From an uncultured Spirochaetota bacterium (lineage in GTDB: Bacteria; Spirochaetota; Brevinematia; Brevinematales; JAOACQ01): DNA of 64,000 nucleotides. Below, one piece after another: positions 41,609-52,475 of this stretch; position 1 is the first letter of the stretch; each line of letters opens with the position of its first letter. The stretch covers positions 1,728,001 through 1,792,000 of the forward strand of contig CAVYGN010000002.1 of assembly GCA_963768055.1 (NCBI GenBank), in the 5' to 3' direction. Under the pieces are notes generated by a model that was not told the DNA's origin, made no database searches, and saw only the letters and a program-made list of their open reading frames with translations. Made by a program: the position numbers and the translations under genes.

Positions 41609-44600
41609 TTGTCCTCCTTCGATAATACGTCGGATAGTTCTGTAATAAAGTCCATGTCAGGGTGGTCCTCGAATATTCCCTGTGCAGGCCCGTCGATACC
41701 GCGCAGAAATACATAGAATACCCCGCCGAAATTCACGGCGGTATTTTGATTACCATACTCCTTTAGATACTTCAATAGCGCAACCATATAGATATGATAC
41801 TGGAAAAAATACGCATGGCCGTTAACTGCCCGTGTAAGGCATTCAAGGTCATAACCCCGGGGATTTTCAGCCAGAGTGTTGGACTTCCAGTCGACAATAT
41901 AATATTTACCGCCAGCCTCCGCAACAAGGTCCATCTTTCCGTTCATCCAGCCCAGCAGTTCCCTGTCATGCAGACGATTCATGATATTCTTCATTTCGAG
42001 GGTTATCCTGCCGGAATCCGAATAAAGCCGCCTTATATCTTTGCTTTTTTTCCCGGAAAGGGGGAACCAGAACTCCATTTCCTGCGTCATCTTTACCTGG
42101 GGAATATCCCTGAATGCGACTCCCCCGCACGGGGAAAGGTTTATTGTCTTTTCCACAAGGCTAAGTACTTTATCCCCGTAATCTTCGTATTTCCAGCCGA
42201 AAGCCCTGAATTTTTCCTTGACAACTTCCCTGATATTTGTTCTATCCCATTTGCCGCCTGCAAGAGTCGATTCGAGAATGGAATGAAGGAGTGTGCCTGT
42301 TTCCTCTCCCCGGGGAATGTCGTCTTCGTTATAGGGGATAGGGTAGTAATCTTCAGCCAGTCCCCTTGAAAGCGATGTATAACTGTTTTGAGATAGGGAT
42401 AAAGCCTTCCGGGATTTTTCAGGTTTTACTATCCGCTTTTCAGTTTCAGTCTTTTCGGGCGTTAATAAGTTTTCATTTACGGCCCGGATGACCATATCCC
42501 TGCCGATAACATCCTTAAATTTATCCTCAATAGTTTCTATGACACTATCCCGGGTGCTTTCTTTTGTAATATTCAACATCTCCAATAGTGCAGAACCTCT
42601 ATGCTGACCGGCTGATCTTCCTATAAACAAATAACATAAATCCTCCGCCCGCGTGACCGCAACATACAACAGATGAGAATTTTCAACCCCGGCTTCTTTT
42701 TTTTCCCTGGCCTTCCTGCTTTTATCCAGATCAGGCGTTATATCAAAAACCGGTATGTTATTATCATCATGATATCTGACGCCGAATTTTTTATTGGGTG
42801 TATGGTAATACCATAGAAAAGGCACGAATACAATCGGATACTGCAGGCCCTTGCTGTTATGGATCGTGGCGATCTTTACAGCCTTGCGATCCGAATCCAG
42901 GCGGATTTCATCCTCCGAACCGTTAATTAAGATAAGAGAGAACCAGTTCAACAAAACTTCGGGACTGCCTGCTAACCTGTTGTCGGCTTCCTGGAGCCTT
43001 TCAACGAGGTGGAAAATATTAGTCAATCGCCTTTCTCCGTCCGAATATCCTGCCAGGCGTTTCTTCATATCATTGTAATTCAGTAGTTTCAAAATCATCG
43101 GCATAAACCCATGGTCTGTCCATAGGGCCTTGAGTTCGACGAAGGAAGAGATGCATTCGCTCCATATAGCGGTATTTTTATTTATATTATCGATCTCATC
43201 GGCTGCATATCCCATTGTTTCTGTAGCCAGAGCCGATCTTACTTTATTGCTGTCCGAATATTCGTGGATGCCCGACAGTATCGAATAAAGGTCTTTGGCC
43301 TCTGTTGTTTCATACAGCCTGTCTTTTTTCATTGTTATCGCGGGTATGCCTGCACTGGAAAGGGAATTTCTAACCATATTCCCTTCATTGTTGGTCCGGA
43401 CAAGGACAGCAATTTCAGAAGCTTCCGCATCATGGGCTAAGATGGATTTGATTTCATCGACCAGTTTGGCAAGGCACCATTGCCTTAGGGTTTCAATGTT
43501 ATCCCTGTTATAATCCCCGTCATAGACAAGTAAACGGAAGGCCCCGGGTTCCCCCGGTTTATCCAATCCGGGGCTTACTTTTAGGTCCGAAAACTCTTTA
43601 GTGCCGATTAATCTGAAGAATGCATTAAACGCGTTTACAAGGCCTTCCGAAGACCTGAAATTTTTATTTAGCGAATACTTTTCCAAACAACTTTCAGCAG
43701 CCTTGTAATAGGATTCAATATCCGCGTTCCGGAAGCTGAAGATAGACTGTTTCGGATCACCTACAAAAAATACCGGGTTATCCGTTCCGTTATATATCCT
43801 TGAAAATATCTCGTATTGAACGGGGTCCGTATCCTGGAATTCATCGATAATCACAGCCGGGCAGGAAGTCCGAAGGCGCGATACAAGAGCCCCGTTATGA
43901 TCCGATTTAAGGGCTTCATTTAATTCCTCAATAAGCCCCTGGTATCCTACCATGTTTTTTAAAAGCGCCTGCCTCTTTGTCATTTGCCGGAATAGCATAT
44001 GCAAATCCCTCAAAAAAGAGATTTCATCGGTTTCAGGATCTATTTTATCCGGATCTATAGCCAATATCACCCGGTCATTGCCATAATCTTTCGTTGTTTG
44101 AATAAATTCAGTGCTGTCCGTAAAATATCCGGCATAATCGCCCTGTAATTCTGCGAGATATTCTTCCGGCCTGACATACACCTTCCTCCTTAAAAGGTCG
44201 GCGCAGCATTCCTGAGTCATTCCGGCATAATCAGTCTCTATGCTGATAATTCCCGTCATTCCGGTTTTGAATGGATTTTCACGCAGAGCCCGGAGGCAAT
44301 AAGCATGTATAGTCGATATTCGGGCCCTGTCAAACTCGGCTATAGCCTTTTCCACCCTCTCCAGCGCTTTTTCTTTACTTATCGTTGCTGAAAGTTTTTT
44401 CCAGAACCTGTCCAGGTTCATGTCGGCGCCGGCATTTTCCCGGCCCAGCAATATAGTTTTGAAATCTGTCAGGGCTTTTAAAATCCGGCGCTGGAGCTGG
44501 GCCACCGCCGCTTCGGTAAAGGATACCGTTACGATCTGGTCAGGCATAAGACCTTTTCTGATGATAAGATGAAGATAGAGAAATGTTATCGTATAAGTTT

Positions 44601-44682
44601 TACCTGTGCCTGCGCTTGCCTCGATAAGGCGTGTCCCGGCCAGGTCCAGAGAAATATCCGTTACGTCAAAGTTCCTGATCAC
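41605..44682 (-). CDS. recB: Exodeoxyribonuclease V beta subunit
   Basis: IEASAGTGKT, DEFQDTD, GDPKQSIFSFR, LYVAVTRA, nuclease GKMDL...IVDWKSN; probable GTG start at 44682 after AAGGAG. Confidence 0.93.
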   Translation of the reverse strand: MIRNFDVTDISLDLAGTRLIEASAGTGKTYTITFLYLHLIIRKGLMPDQIVTVSFTEAAVAQLQRRILKALTDFKTILLGRENAGADMNLDRFWKKLSATISKEKALERVEKAIAEFDRARISTIHAYCLRALRENPFKTGMTGIISIETDYAGMTQECCADLLRRKVYVRPEEYLAELQGDYAGYFTDSTEFIQTTKDYGNDRVILAIDPDKIDPETDEISFLRDLHMLFRQMTKRQALLKNMVGYQGLIEELNEALKSDHNGALVSRLRTSCPAVIIDEFQDTDPVQYEIFSRIYNGTDNPVFFVGDPKQSIFSFRNADIESYYKAAESCLEKYSLNKNFRSSEGLVNAFNAFFRLIGTKEFSDLKVSPGLDKPGEPGAFRLLVYDGDYNRDNIETLRQWCLAKLVDEIKSILAHDAEASEIAVLVRTNNEGNMVRNSLSSAGIPAITMKKDRLYETTEAKDLYSILSGIHEYSDSNKVRSALATETMGYAADEIDNINKNTAIWSECISSFVELKALWTDHGFMPMILKLLNYNDMKKRLAGYSDGERRLTNIFHLVERLQEADNRLAGSPEVLLNWFSLILINGSEDEIRLDSDRKAVKIATIHNSKGLQYPIVFVPFLWYYHTPNKKFGVRYHDDNNIPVFDITPDLDKSRKAREKKEAGVENSHLLYVAVTRAEDLCYLFIGRSAGQHRGSALLEMLNITKESTRDSVIETIEDKFKDVIGRDMVIRAVNENLLTPEKTETEKRIVKPEKSRKALSLSQNSYTSLSRGLAEDYYPIPYNEDDIPRGEETGTLLHSILESTLAGGKWDRTNIREVVKEKFRAFGWKYEDYGDKVLSLVEKTINLSPCGGVAFRDIPQVKMTQEMEFWFPLSGKKSKDIRRLYSDSGRITLEMKNIMNRLHDRELLGWMNGKMDLVAEAGGKYYIVDWKSNTLAENPRGYDLECLTRAVNGHAYFFQYHIYMVALLKYLKEYGNQNTAVNFGGVFYVFLRGIDGPAQGIFEDHPDMDFITELSDVLSKEDK

Positions 44683-47600
44683 CTGTGCGCTCCTTCTCTT
44701 CAAGAACCTCTTTCTTGTCAAAAAGAGGCTTGAGTACTTCCTCATACCAGTCTCTGAATTCGGTGCATTCAAGCGCTTCGCTTGATGAAGAAAAGCATCG
44801 GGCTACCCTGGGATCGTTCATATCCGAACCATAATCATTATATCCGGGTTCAAACTTTCTCCGGGCGCATTCAAGGGCCGCTTCCCGGTCGCCTTCATTT
44901 TCTTTCATTCTCTCCGCGTATTCCAGAGAACTTTTACTGAAAAGACAGGCCGGTTTAAGAAGGCCCTTTTTATAATAAGAAATGAGATTTTCCAATTCGT
45001 GTTTAGCTTCTGCGGCAGATTCCATAGGGTTCAATTTTAAACCTTCTCCCCTGAACACCGCCATACTTATTATCCTCTCATCGAGATTGATAATTAAATG
45101 ATCTATCCAGATCGAGAAAAGATCCCTCATTTTAATATTGGCGGGCCTGTAATATAATAGCTTATCCGGCGCTTTTTTAATATTCAGGTTTCCGATAAGC
45201 CGTGCGCCGTTAAGGCTCAGATCTATGTTCCTGCTGTGGATCAGGCACTGCTTGTAGAAAGGCGCCATTGCCTTTACCCTGTCGGCAAAATCCCGGGCTT
45301 TCGAAATGATTTTTTTTAATTCGATCTCGCCGATCCTGCCCGGAGGGAATTCGCCGGATTTTAACCTGACATCCCTTTCCCTTGTAAAAAGTTCTTCTTC
45401 GGTTTTTCCGTTTAGCAGGTCTTCGATCAAATCTTTCTGGAGAAGGAAGGATTCCAGATGGCTGACTCCGAAGGGTTCAAAATCTTCAAATTCTTCTTCT
45501 GGATTCCCGGCCCTGATCTTTAAAATATTTTCGAACAAATATTCCTGGGGATTGTCGTAAAAGCTTTTCAGATCGTCCAGGGCGAGCTCTTTCAGATCGC
45601 TGATTATATCAGGAGGAAGAACCTGCCTGAAAAAACGCGGGTATTCATCACCAGACCTGCCGGAAGCTAACACTTCGGCCGTATGAAAGGATGTTTCAGA
45701 AAAACTTTTCAGGCCGGAGCCGGGTTCAAAATACATCGGATCGAAAGAATGAAGCCGGTGTTTGAATATTTTTCTCCTATCGCCGGTGACATTTTCAAGC
45801 AGTTCGTCTATACACACGGAGGGAGGGATTTCGCTGTTATCTTTCATGTTCTGCCCGGTATATGTCACTATGAAAGCCTTCTCTGAATTATTAAAAGCCT
45901 CAATAAAGCCTTCTCTGTCATCGAGCCGCTGGGATCTGTCATGAGGCCGGGGTTTTCCCATCAGGTCAATGTCTGATATGGGGTCCATGCGGGGAAAAGC
46001 CCCGAATGCCATTCCCATAAAACCTGTCAACTTGGCCGGTATGCCCCGGCCGTTGGCGGGACTGCAGAAAGTTATTCCCCCGATCAGCGAAGACCTGCCG
46101 GGCCTGGATAGAGACAACCCTGATGAGACTGACTCAAAAATTATTTCGGATGAAACTTCCATTTCGCCCCTATATTCGCAAAGTTCGTTGATGATTGCCC
46201 TGAGATTACCGACATCCGTTTCTTCATCCTCATCCTGCCGGGGATCGTAAATGAACAGGTCGACAAGGTCCATCAAGGTTTCACGCCATGAGCTTATAGT
46301 CATCTTTACAGACATTTTTTCCCTGAATAGTATTGCCCTGTCAATGAACAGGTCGAACTTTGCAAGCGATTCCAGGTCGGATTCCTCAATATTGCCGGCA
46401 GGCAGAACCTCTTCAAAGATCTGTTTTCTTTTATCGCTCTGCGCTTCGGGCAGGAACACATAGGCCAGGAATAACCTTTTCAATCCCTCGCGCCAGGAAT
46501 TTTCCTCGAACGCGGGAACATTGAACCGTTCGGCGCGGTCTTTCCCGTCAACCCCCCATGCGATGCGTGATTGTCTTACCCACTCCCTGACTTTTATAAG
46601 GTCTTCATTGCTTGCTCCGAAACAGCGCATCACGGGTTCGTGTTCGAAAAGCCCGAGCATTTCCGATGCGGTAAACCGAATATCCGGAAGCCGCAGTAAT
46701 GTAAGGAAAGAAGAATAAACGGGCGATTGCCTTGAAGTAGTCCGGCCGGATATCATGTAATCGAGGGGATTGTCGCCCTCGCTTCCGAAAACAGCGCTGA
46801 TATATGGCGCATAGGCTTCGAGGTCAGGCACATTTATTATGACATCATCAAGGAGAATATCCTTATCTTTATCGAAGATCTCCAATAACTGGTCCTTCAG
46901 CGCTTCAGCTTCACGGAGCATACTGTGGCAGGAATGGATAAATACGGAAGGCTGTTTTTTACCGCTATTCGATCGCAGTTCTTCTTTTAATTCGCCTGTA
47001 AGTTCCGAACCCCGGCCAGGGCTGCCGAGCCCTATGTCGTAGAAATATATCTCGCAATGTTTCTTGAGAAAAGTTATGAGATCCCGGTGGAAGGGGGTCA
47101 TCAACCGGACGCCGAAGATAAAAATCGATCCCGGAAGTTTTTTAACCATCCTTCCCGATTCTAGTTTCGAAATCAGGTTAGCCTTGTGAATCTTCCCTTT
47201 CATAACCGTGCGCCAGAGTTCGGGCTGCCAGGGATGTTCTACAGCGGCGCTGTCAATTCCGGCTTCCCAATCCAATACCATTTCTCTTCGAAATACTGCA
47301 TACTGGTCAAAGAGGTCGGCAACCATCCTGGATAACCTGAAAAGCCGGAGGTCATATAGTATCTGCCTGTCCTTTTCATCTACTTCAGCCGGCGAAAGAT
47401 GGTCTTTGACTTCCTTGAATGACGTTTTTTCGAGCTGGCTTCCAATGGAGTCCATGATTTCCCATACAAGGAGACTTGAATTTTCTGAGAGCGCCGGACT
47501 ATTTTCACCGAGAAACGCTTCTATCGCCAGGGTCGTCAGCCTGTCGGGGAATTTCATTTCAAGATTAGCTGAAATTCCATTTTTTTCGGCGACACGGAGG

Positions 47601-47743
47601 GATATCCATTTCATCATTGTGAGAGTTGGGCTGACGATAAGGGTGCGTTCAAGAGGCGCTTCCCCGGTATGTTCCTTAATTCTCTCCGAGAGATGGGCAA
47701 TAAGGCTATCGGCCGAATCGCCTGAAATGATTTTCAATGGCAT
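44666..47743 (-). CDS. recC: Exodeoxyribonuclease V gamma subunit
   Basis: ADLFDQYAVFR, WQPELWR, HSCHSMLREAE, YAPYISAVFG, HRLHSFDP; recC-recB-recD order. Confidence 0.9.
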   Translation of the reverse strand: MPLKIISGDSADSLIAHLSERIKEHTGEAPLERTLIVSPTLTMMKWISLRVAEKNGISANLEMKFPDRLTTLAIEAFLGENSPALSENSSLLVWEIMDSIGSQLEKTSFKEVKDHLSPAEVDEKDRQILYDLRLFRLSRMVADLFDQYAVFRREMVLDWEAGIDSAAVEHPWQPELWRTVMKGKIHKANLISKLESGRMVKKLPGSIFIFGVRLMTPFHRDLITFLKKHCEIYFYDIGLGSPGRGSELTGELKEELRSNSGKKQPSVFIHSCHSMLREAEALKDQLLEIFDKDKDILLDDVIINVPDLEAYAPYISAVFGSEGDNPLDYMISGRTTSRQSPVYSSFLTLLRLPDIRFTASEMLGLFEHEPVMRCFGASNEDLIKVREWVRQSRIAWGVDGKDRAERFNVPAFEENSWREGLKRLFLAYVFLPEAQSDKRKQIFEEVLPAGNIEESDLESLAKFDLFIDRAILFREKMSVKMTISSWRETLMDLVDLFIYDPRQDEDEETDVGNLRAIINELCEYRGEMEVSSEIIFESVSSGLSLSRPGRSSLIGGITFCSPANGRGIPAKLTGFMGMAFGAFPRMDPISDIDLMGKPRPHDRSQRLDDREGFIEAFNNSEKAFIVTYTGQNMKDNSEIPPSVCIDELLENVTGDRRKIFKHRLHSFDPMYFEPGSGLKSFSETSFHTAEVLASGRSGDEYPRFFRQVLPPDIISDLKELALDDLKSFYDNPQEYLFENILKIRAGNPEEEFEDFEPFGVSHLESFLLQKDLIEDLLNGKTEEELFTRERDVRLKSGEFPPGRIGEIELKKIISKARDFADRVKAMAPFYKQCLIHSRNIDLSLNGARLIGNLNIKKAPDKLLYYRPANIKMRDLFSIWIDHLIINLDERIISMAVFRGEGLKLNPMESAAEAKHELENLISYYKKGLLKPACLFSKSSLEYAERMKENEGDREAALECARRKFEPGYNDYGSDMNDPRVARCFSSSSEALECTEFRDWYEEVLKPLFDKKEVLEEKERTGDQEL

Positions 47744-47758
47744 TGGCGTCTCCCACTG

Positions 47759-48877
47759 TCATTTCGGCAATGAGACATCGCAGTAATATGAGTAATCCCC
47801 TCCTGATGGGGCTGATACCGGTTCGCTTTTTTGCGTTTTAAAATCATAATAATAAAATTCGGTGTTTTTTTCATATGTTTGGACAGAATAAATTAAACCC
47901 ATGCTATCACCCGTCATGGAAGGGTATATTGGGACATCCGAGGAAGATTTTGAAGTATACAGCAACTTTTCATTTGAAACGGCAAGATTGGCAATGTCTA
48001 TTTCGGCGGTAGCGATAGATTTTTTTCCATAATAGATTATAAATTCTTCCCCTTTCGACCAGGTATTAAAAGGCATCTCATAAAAGGGTTTATGCCAGTA
48101 AGAATATTCCAGTTCGTAACTGAGCCGGTTTTCGTCCTTCGACAGGGTCAAGTGAAAGGGAAAACCCTCCAGTTTGCCCCGGAAACGAAGCTGCTCGTAT
48201 TTCCCGTTTTTGCCGGGATCGGGGGTCAAAACGAACATATAGGGCGGAAGGTAATATCCGTCCTTTTCAGGGCTTGACGAGAACAGGTAGGCGAATATGT
48301 TTTCAGCGTTCCTGTCGCTGAATATTATTATCCTCCCGTCCCTGAGGCATGTAAATCCTGTTTCATTACGCGAACTGTCGCTTATAAGAATTTCATCGCC
48401 GGGCTTTGCACCTACCGCTGTGCGGTAAATATACCATCTCCATTTGGAGTAATCGAAGCGGTTGAATATTATAAAATTCGAACCCTCCCGTGACCATGTA
48501 GGGCTGAAATCGTTAAATTTGTCCCCTGTAAGCTCCTGTAATCCTGTTCCATCGGGGTGTATTATACATATATAAGAGCTTGAGCCGTCCGATGTTTTTT
48601 TCGATAATCTGGAAAATAAGATCCATTTTCCATCGGGGGACCAGGACAGTTCCATATCGTAACCCCCGGTGATCTTTTTTTCCATTGTTTTTCCCGGTGT
48701 CACCGTATTGATGAAAATACTTCCGTTAAGGGTATATGCCCCATGAAAATCGGTAATATCCATGATCGTATTGGTAATCTGGTTATTGAAAGGAGGGGCC
48801 GAGGTATAATTTTGATGTCTCGCATGGACCAGGCTGAAAAACGATGCAAGCAGGATTAAGATTATACCCAACCGCAT
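47759..48877 (-). CDS. Exported TolB-like beta-propeller (PD40 repeats)
   Basis: Signal peptide; SWSPDGKWILF, IHPDGTGLQEL, SPTWS; ends 15 bp before recC. Confidence 0.75.
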   Translation of the reverse strand: MRLGIILILLASFFSLVHARHQNYTSAPPFNNQITNTIMDITDFHGAYTLNGSIFINTVTPGKTMEKKITGGYDMELSWSPDGKWILFSRLSKKTSDGSSSYICIIHPDGTGLQELTGDKFNDFSPTWSREGSNFIIFNRFDYSKWRWYIYRTAVGAKPGDEILISDSSRNETGFTCLRDGRIIIFSDRNAENIFAYLFSSSPEKDGYYLPPYMFVLTPDPGKNGKYEQLRFRGKLEGFPFHLTLSKDENRLSYELEYSYWHKPFYEMPFNTWSKGEEFIIYYGKKSIATAEIDIANLAVSNEKLLYTSKSSSDVPIYPSMTGDSMGLIYSVQTYEKNTEFYYYDFKTQKSEPVSAPSGGDYSYYCDVSLPK

Positions 48878-49113
48878 TGTAACTCCAGAAAATAACATCT
48901 ATAATTCCTTAAATTCTAATATAAAATCAGGGATTATTCAATAGGAATTTCAGCTTATATAATAAATTCGTGTGAATTATGCCATGTTATAACAATTAAT
49001 TCCAATTTTATTGGATTAATCTCATTTATTCTTTATAATAAAAAACAAAATGAATTCTCCGGGGTAAACGCCCTCCAAATTTTACATTCCCCCGGCGGAA
49101 AACCGGATTACAA

Positions 49114-50067
49114 ATGGGTTATTATATCTTCATTTTATATTTAATTTCCTATTCAACGGGTTTTGCCTCTCTGACCCTTTTGATTTTACTCTATATAAGG
49201 CATAAAACCGGGTCGATACTTTATTATATTATTTATCTGATAGTTTTTACCGGCACCCTGGTCCTGAATAATATCGAATTTTACAGGGTTTCCATTCTTT
49301 TCAAATACGACACTTACTCTAGCATCTGGGTGAAACTGATTTACAATCTCCTTTTCGGGGCCTTGTTCTATATTGTTCCCCTTTACAACCATAAATTCCT
49401 TAACCTTGCGTTTCACCTCTTTCATAAATTAATTTTTGGCGCGCTTTTCCTCTTCTCTATAATTATTGCGTTTATACCCTATTTATACGAGGGGATCAGG
49501 CGCGGCCAGGCAATGATATTAAGTTTTAAGATTACTGTATTTATAGCTATAGCGATAATATTGTATTGTATAATCCTATCCATATCCGGCATCAGGAAAA
49601 CCAGCGTCGAGGAAAAAAAAGCTGTAATCCGGTTTTTCCTTATTTACAATGCCCTTTATTTCCTGGTTCTCATGTTCGAATATTACTGGAATTTTAATTT
49701 TCAGAACAGGATAAGGCCTATCTCCTTCGGCAATCTTTTTTATTTCGTACTTAACCTTATTACCGTTTTATTCATTTCAAGGAACTTTTTCATCCCGCAG
49801 GCAAAAGTATCCCTTGACGACATACCGGACGGGATCCTCAGGAAGTTTAAGCTTACGCCAAGGGAAAAGGAGATAATAATAATGATATCGAAAGGCCTTA
49901 CGCATAAGATGATAGCTTCCGAATTGGGAATAGCCACGCTGACCGTCAAAAACCATATTTATAATATCTATCAAAAAACCAAGGCAGTCAGTAAGATCGA
50001 CCTTGTCAATAAAATAAACCTTGGAAATCCGGTCGTGGAATCGAAATTCAATTCCATTTTTTCATAG
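49114..50067 (+). CDS. Membrane-embedded LuxR-family transcriptional regulator
   Basis: About seven TM segments, then LTPREKEII...IASELGIATLTVKNHIYNIYQK. Confidence 0.9.
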   Translation: MGYYIFILYLISYSTGFASLTLLILLYIRHKTGSILYYIIYLIVFTGTLVLNNIEFYRVSILFKYDTYSSIWVKLIYNLLFGALFYIVPLYNHKFLNLAFHLFHKLIFGALFLFSIIIAFIPYLYEGIRRGQAMILSFKITVFIAIAIILYCIILSISGIRKTSVEEKKAVIRFFLIYNALYFLVLMFEYYWNFNFQNRIRPISFGNLFYFVLNLITVLFISRNFFIPQAKVSLDDIPDGILRKFKLTPREKEIIIMISKGLTHKMIASELGIATLTVKNHIYNIYQKTKAVSKIDLVNKINLGNPVVESKFNSIFS

Positions 50068-50112
50068 TTCATGGGCTTTAAAGCCAGTTCATACCGCTTT
50101 TTCCCGGCCTCA

Positions 50113-50158
50113 TGAGACAAATGGCTCACTTGTAAAAAAAATCGGGATAGTCTATAAT
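50113..50158 (+). promoter_or_regulatory. Promoter with adjacent 7-2-7 inverted repeat (candidate LuxR/NarL-type activator site)
   Basis: TGAGACA-AA-TGGCTCA (50113-50128) directly before TTGTAA (50130), 17 bp spacer, TATAAT (50153). Confidence 0.55.
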
Positions 50159-50251
50159 TCCCATTGAAATCGTATCATTATCAGTTTAAACTATATTGAA
50201 TTTTAAACAACCGGACTCGCTTATTTTTCAATAACTGCAAAGGGGTAATTC

Positions 50252-52462
50252 ATGAAACAAATTCTTCAGGCATCTTTAATTTTGTTTTTGGTTTTTTTTA
50301 TACCTCATATAATTTTCGGGGACGCGGCGGATGAGTTTTTCGATGCAATCGCGGTCAATGACCTGCCGTCAGTTATAAACTATCTGCAGGCCGGCGGGGA
50401 CCCCAATGTGAGGGATGAATACGGCACTACTCCGTTAATGCTTGCGGCTAAGACAGGTAATTACGACGCGGCCTGCCTGATCCTCCATGACTTTTCCTCG
50501 CCGGGGGTTGTTGCTTTAAAGAGATATGACCAGGTAAAGGCGTATCTTAAGTCGATAGAAAGGGGGCCTAAGTCTGATGTAAACATCAGGAATAATGACG
50601 GTATGACCGCCTTGATGGCTGCCGCTTTAAGCGGGAACCTCCAGATGGTAAGCCTTATTGTAAAAGCGAAGGCCGATATAAACGCTACCAATAACGACGG
50701 AATAACGGCCCTGATGGGCGCCGCGATTACCGGGGACCCCGATATTGTAAAGCTTCTGATCGAAAAGAGAGCCGGGGTGAATATCAAGAACAGGGACGGT
50801 TACACGGCCTTAATATTGGCAGCCGAGAACGACAGGTCCGACTTTGTCAGATTAGAGGTAAAGACAATAAAAGAGGCGAAAATAAAGCAGGACCTTGAAA
50901 AAGTCGCATTGATCCATGCCGCGCACAACAGGCATTCTGATGTAATAAAGATCCTGATCGAAGCAAAGGCCGACATCAACGCCAGGGATAAAAAGAACGA
51001 GACTGTATTGATGAAGGCCGCCCGGGACGGCCATGCCGATATAGTAAAACTTCTTGTCGATAACGGCGCCAATGTAAACGCGAAAGACGACGGGGGCGGA
51101 ACAGCCTTCATGGGCGCAGCCGAAAGCGGACAACCCGAAGCAGTGCGGATCCTCCTTGAAGCTAAAGCCGATGTAAATGCCAAAGATAAAACAGGAAAGA
51201 CAGCCTTAAACAGGGCGGCTGAAAAGGGTCAGTCCGATATCGTCAGGATGCTTCTTCTCGGCAAAGCCGATATAAATCTTAAAAATAATGAAGGCATGAC
51301 GCCGCTTATGCTTTCGGTTTCAAACGGGCGGACGGAAGCCGCCAAAACCCTTCTTGAATCAAAAGCCGATTGCAACGCAAGGGATAACGGGGGCTCGACC
51401 GCCCTGATACTTGCCGCATACTTCGGCAGGGCGGATATGGCAAAACTCTTGATAGATTCCGGCGCCGATATCAACAGGAAAAACAACGACGGGACGACAG
51501 CCCTGATGATTGCTGCCTCAAAGGGTTACGCCGACATCTTAAAACTCCTTATTAGCGCCGGCGGCGATTTTAATGCCAGGGACAACGACGGCATTTCGGC
51601 TTCAACAGCAGCGGCGTCTAAAGGCGACACCGAGATACTCAAGATCCTTGCCGGTTCCGGGGCGAATATAAACTCAGCCGACAGCGACGGTATGACCGCA
51701 TTAATGGCCGCGGCGTTGAAGGGAAATACCGACATTATGAAAATAATTATAGACGCGGGGGCCGACGTAAATGCCAGGGATAAAAAAGGCATGACAGCGC
51801 TGATAGGGGCGGCATACAAGGGGAAAACCGAGGCCGTTAAAATGCTTTTGGACTATAAAGCGAAGGTAAACATAAAGACGATTCAGGGATCTACCGCCCT
51901 TCTTGGAGCTGCTCAAGGCAATGAAAGCGACACGGTCAAGATTCTTATCGATTCCGGGGCGGATGTGAATCTGCAGGACAATGACGGAACGACCCCGCTG
52001 ATGGATGCGGCTTCAGGAGGAAATGAAGAAGTGATAAAGCGCCTTATCGACGCGAAAGCGGATGTGAACGCAAGCGACAAGTTCGGGCAAACCGCATTGA
52101 TCGAAGCGGTAAGGAATAATCATGACGGGGCCGTCAGGATCCTTATCGAGGCTAAAGCCGATGTAAACGCCAGGGACAGCGATAATCAGAGTTCTCTGAT
52201 GCATGCAGCATATAACGGTAACGAGGATATAGTAAAAATCCTTATAGATTCAAAAGCCGACGTAAATTCTAAGGACGTAGACGGCCAGACTGCCCTGATG
52301 CTTGCGGCCTATCAGGGGCGCGGAGAAGTCATAAAGATTTTGATCGATTCAAAGGCGGACGTTAACGCCAGGGACATGCATGGCCAGTCGGCTTTGATGT
52401 TTGCTCTGAATAAACAGAACAGCGAAATAATTAATTTATTGAAAGAAGCCGGAGCTAAATAA
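50252..52462 (+). CDS. Exported ankyrin-repeat protein (about 20 repeats)
   Basis: Signal peptide; about 20 G-x-TALM-x-AA...ADVNA units counted. Confidence 0.95.
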   Translation: MKQILQASLILFLVFFIPHIIFGDAADEFFDAIAVNDLPSVINYLQAGGDPNVRDEYGTTPLMLAAKTGNYDAACLILHDFSSPGVVALKRYDQVKAYLKSIERGPKSDVNIRNNDGMTALMAAALSGNLQMVSLIVKAKADINATNNDGITALMGAAITGDPDIVKLLIEKRAGVNIKNRDGYTALILAAENDRSDFVRLEVKTIKEAKIKQDLEKVALIHAAHNRHSDVIKILIEAKADINARDKKNETVLMKAARDGHADIVKLLVDNGANVNAKDDGGGTAFMGAAESGQPEAVRILLEAKADVNAKDKTGKTALNRAAEKGQSDIVRMLLLGKADINLKNNEGMTPLMLSVSNGRTEAAKTLLESKADCNARDNGGSTALILAAYFGRADMAKLLIDSGADINRKNNDGTTALMIAASKGYADILKLLISAGGDFNARDNDGISASTAAASKGDTEILKILAGSGANINSADSDGMTALMAAALKGNTDIMKIIIDAGADVNARDKKGMTALIGAAYKGKTEAVKMLLDYKAKVNIKTIQGSTALLGAAQGNESDTVKILIDSGADVNLQDNDGTTPLMDAASGGNEEVIKRLIDAKADVNASDKFGQTALIEAVRNNHDGAVRILIEAKADVNARDSDNQSSLMHAAYNGNEDIVKILIDSKADVNSKDVDGQTALMLAAYQGRGEVIKILIDSKADVNARDMHGQSALMFALNKQNSEIINLLKEAGAK

Positions 52463-52475
52463 AGGGGGACCGTTT

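Noticed and set aside
44683..44772. ORF-track N-terminal extension of RecB
   Set aside because: Overlaps recC; GTG at 44682 has a good RBS and puts the Walker A motif at the usual position.
50400..52440. About 99 bp periodic repeats
   Set aside because: Explained by ankyrin coding repeats; not a CRISPR array.
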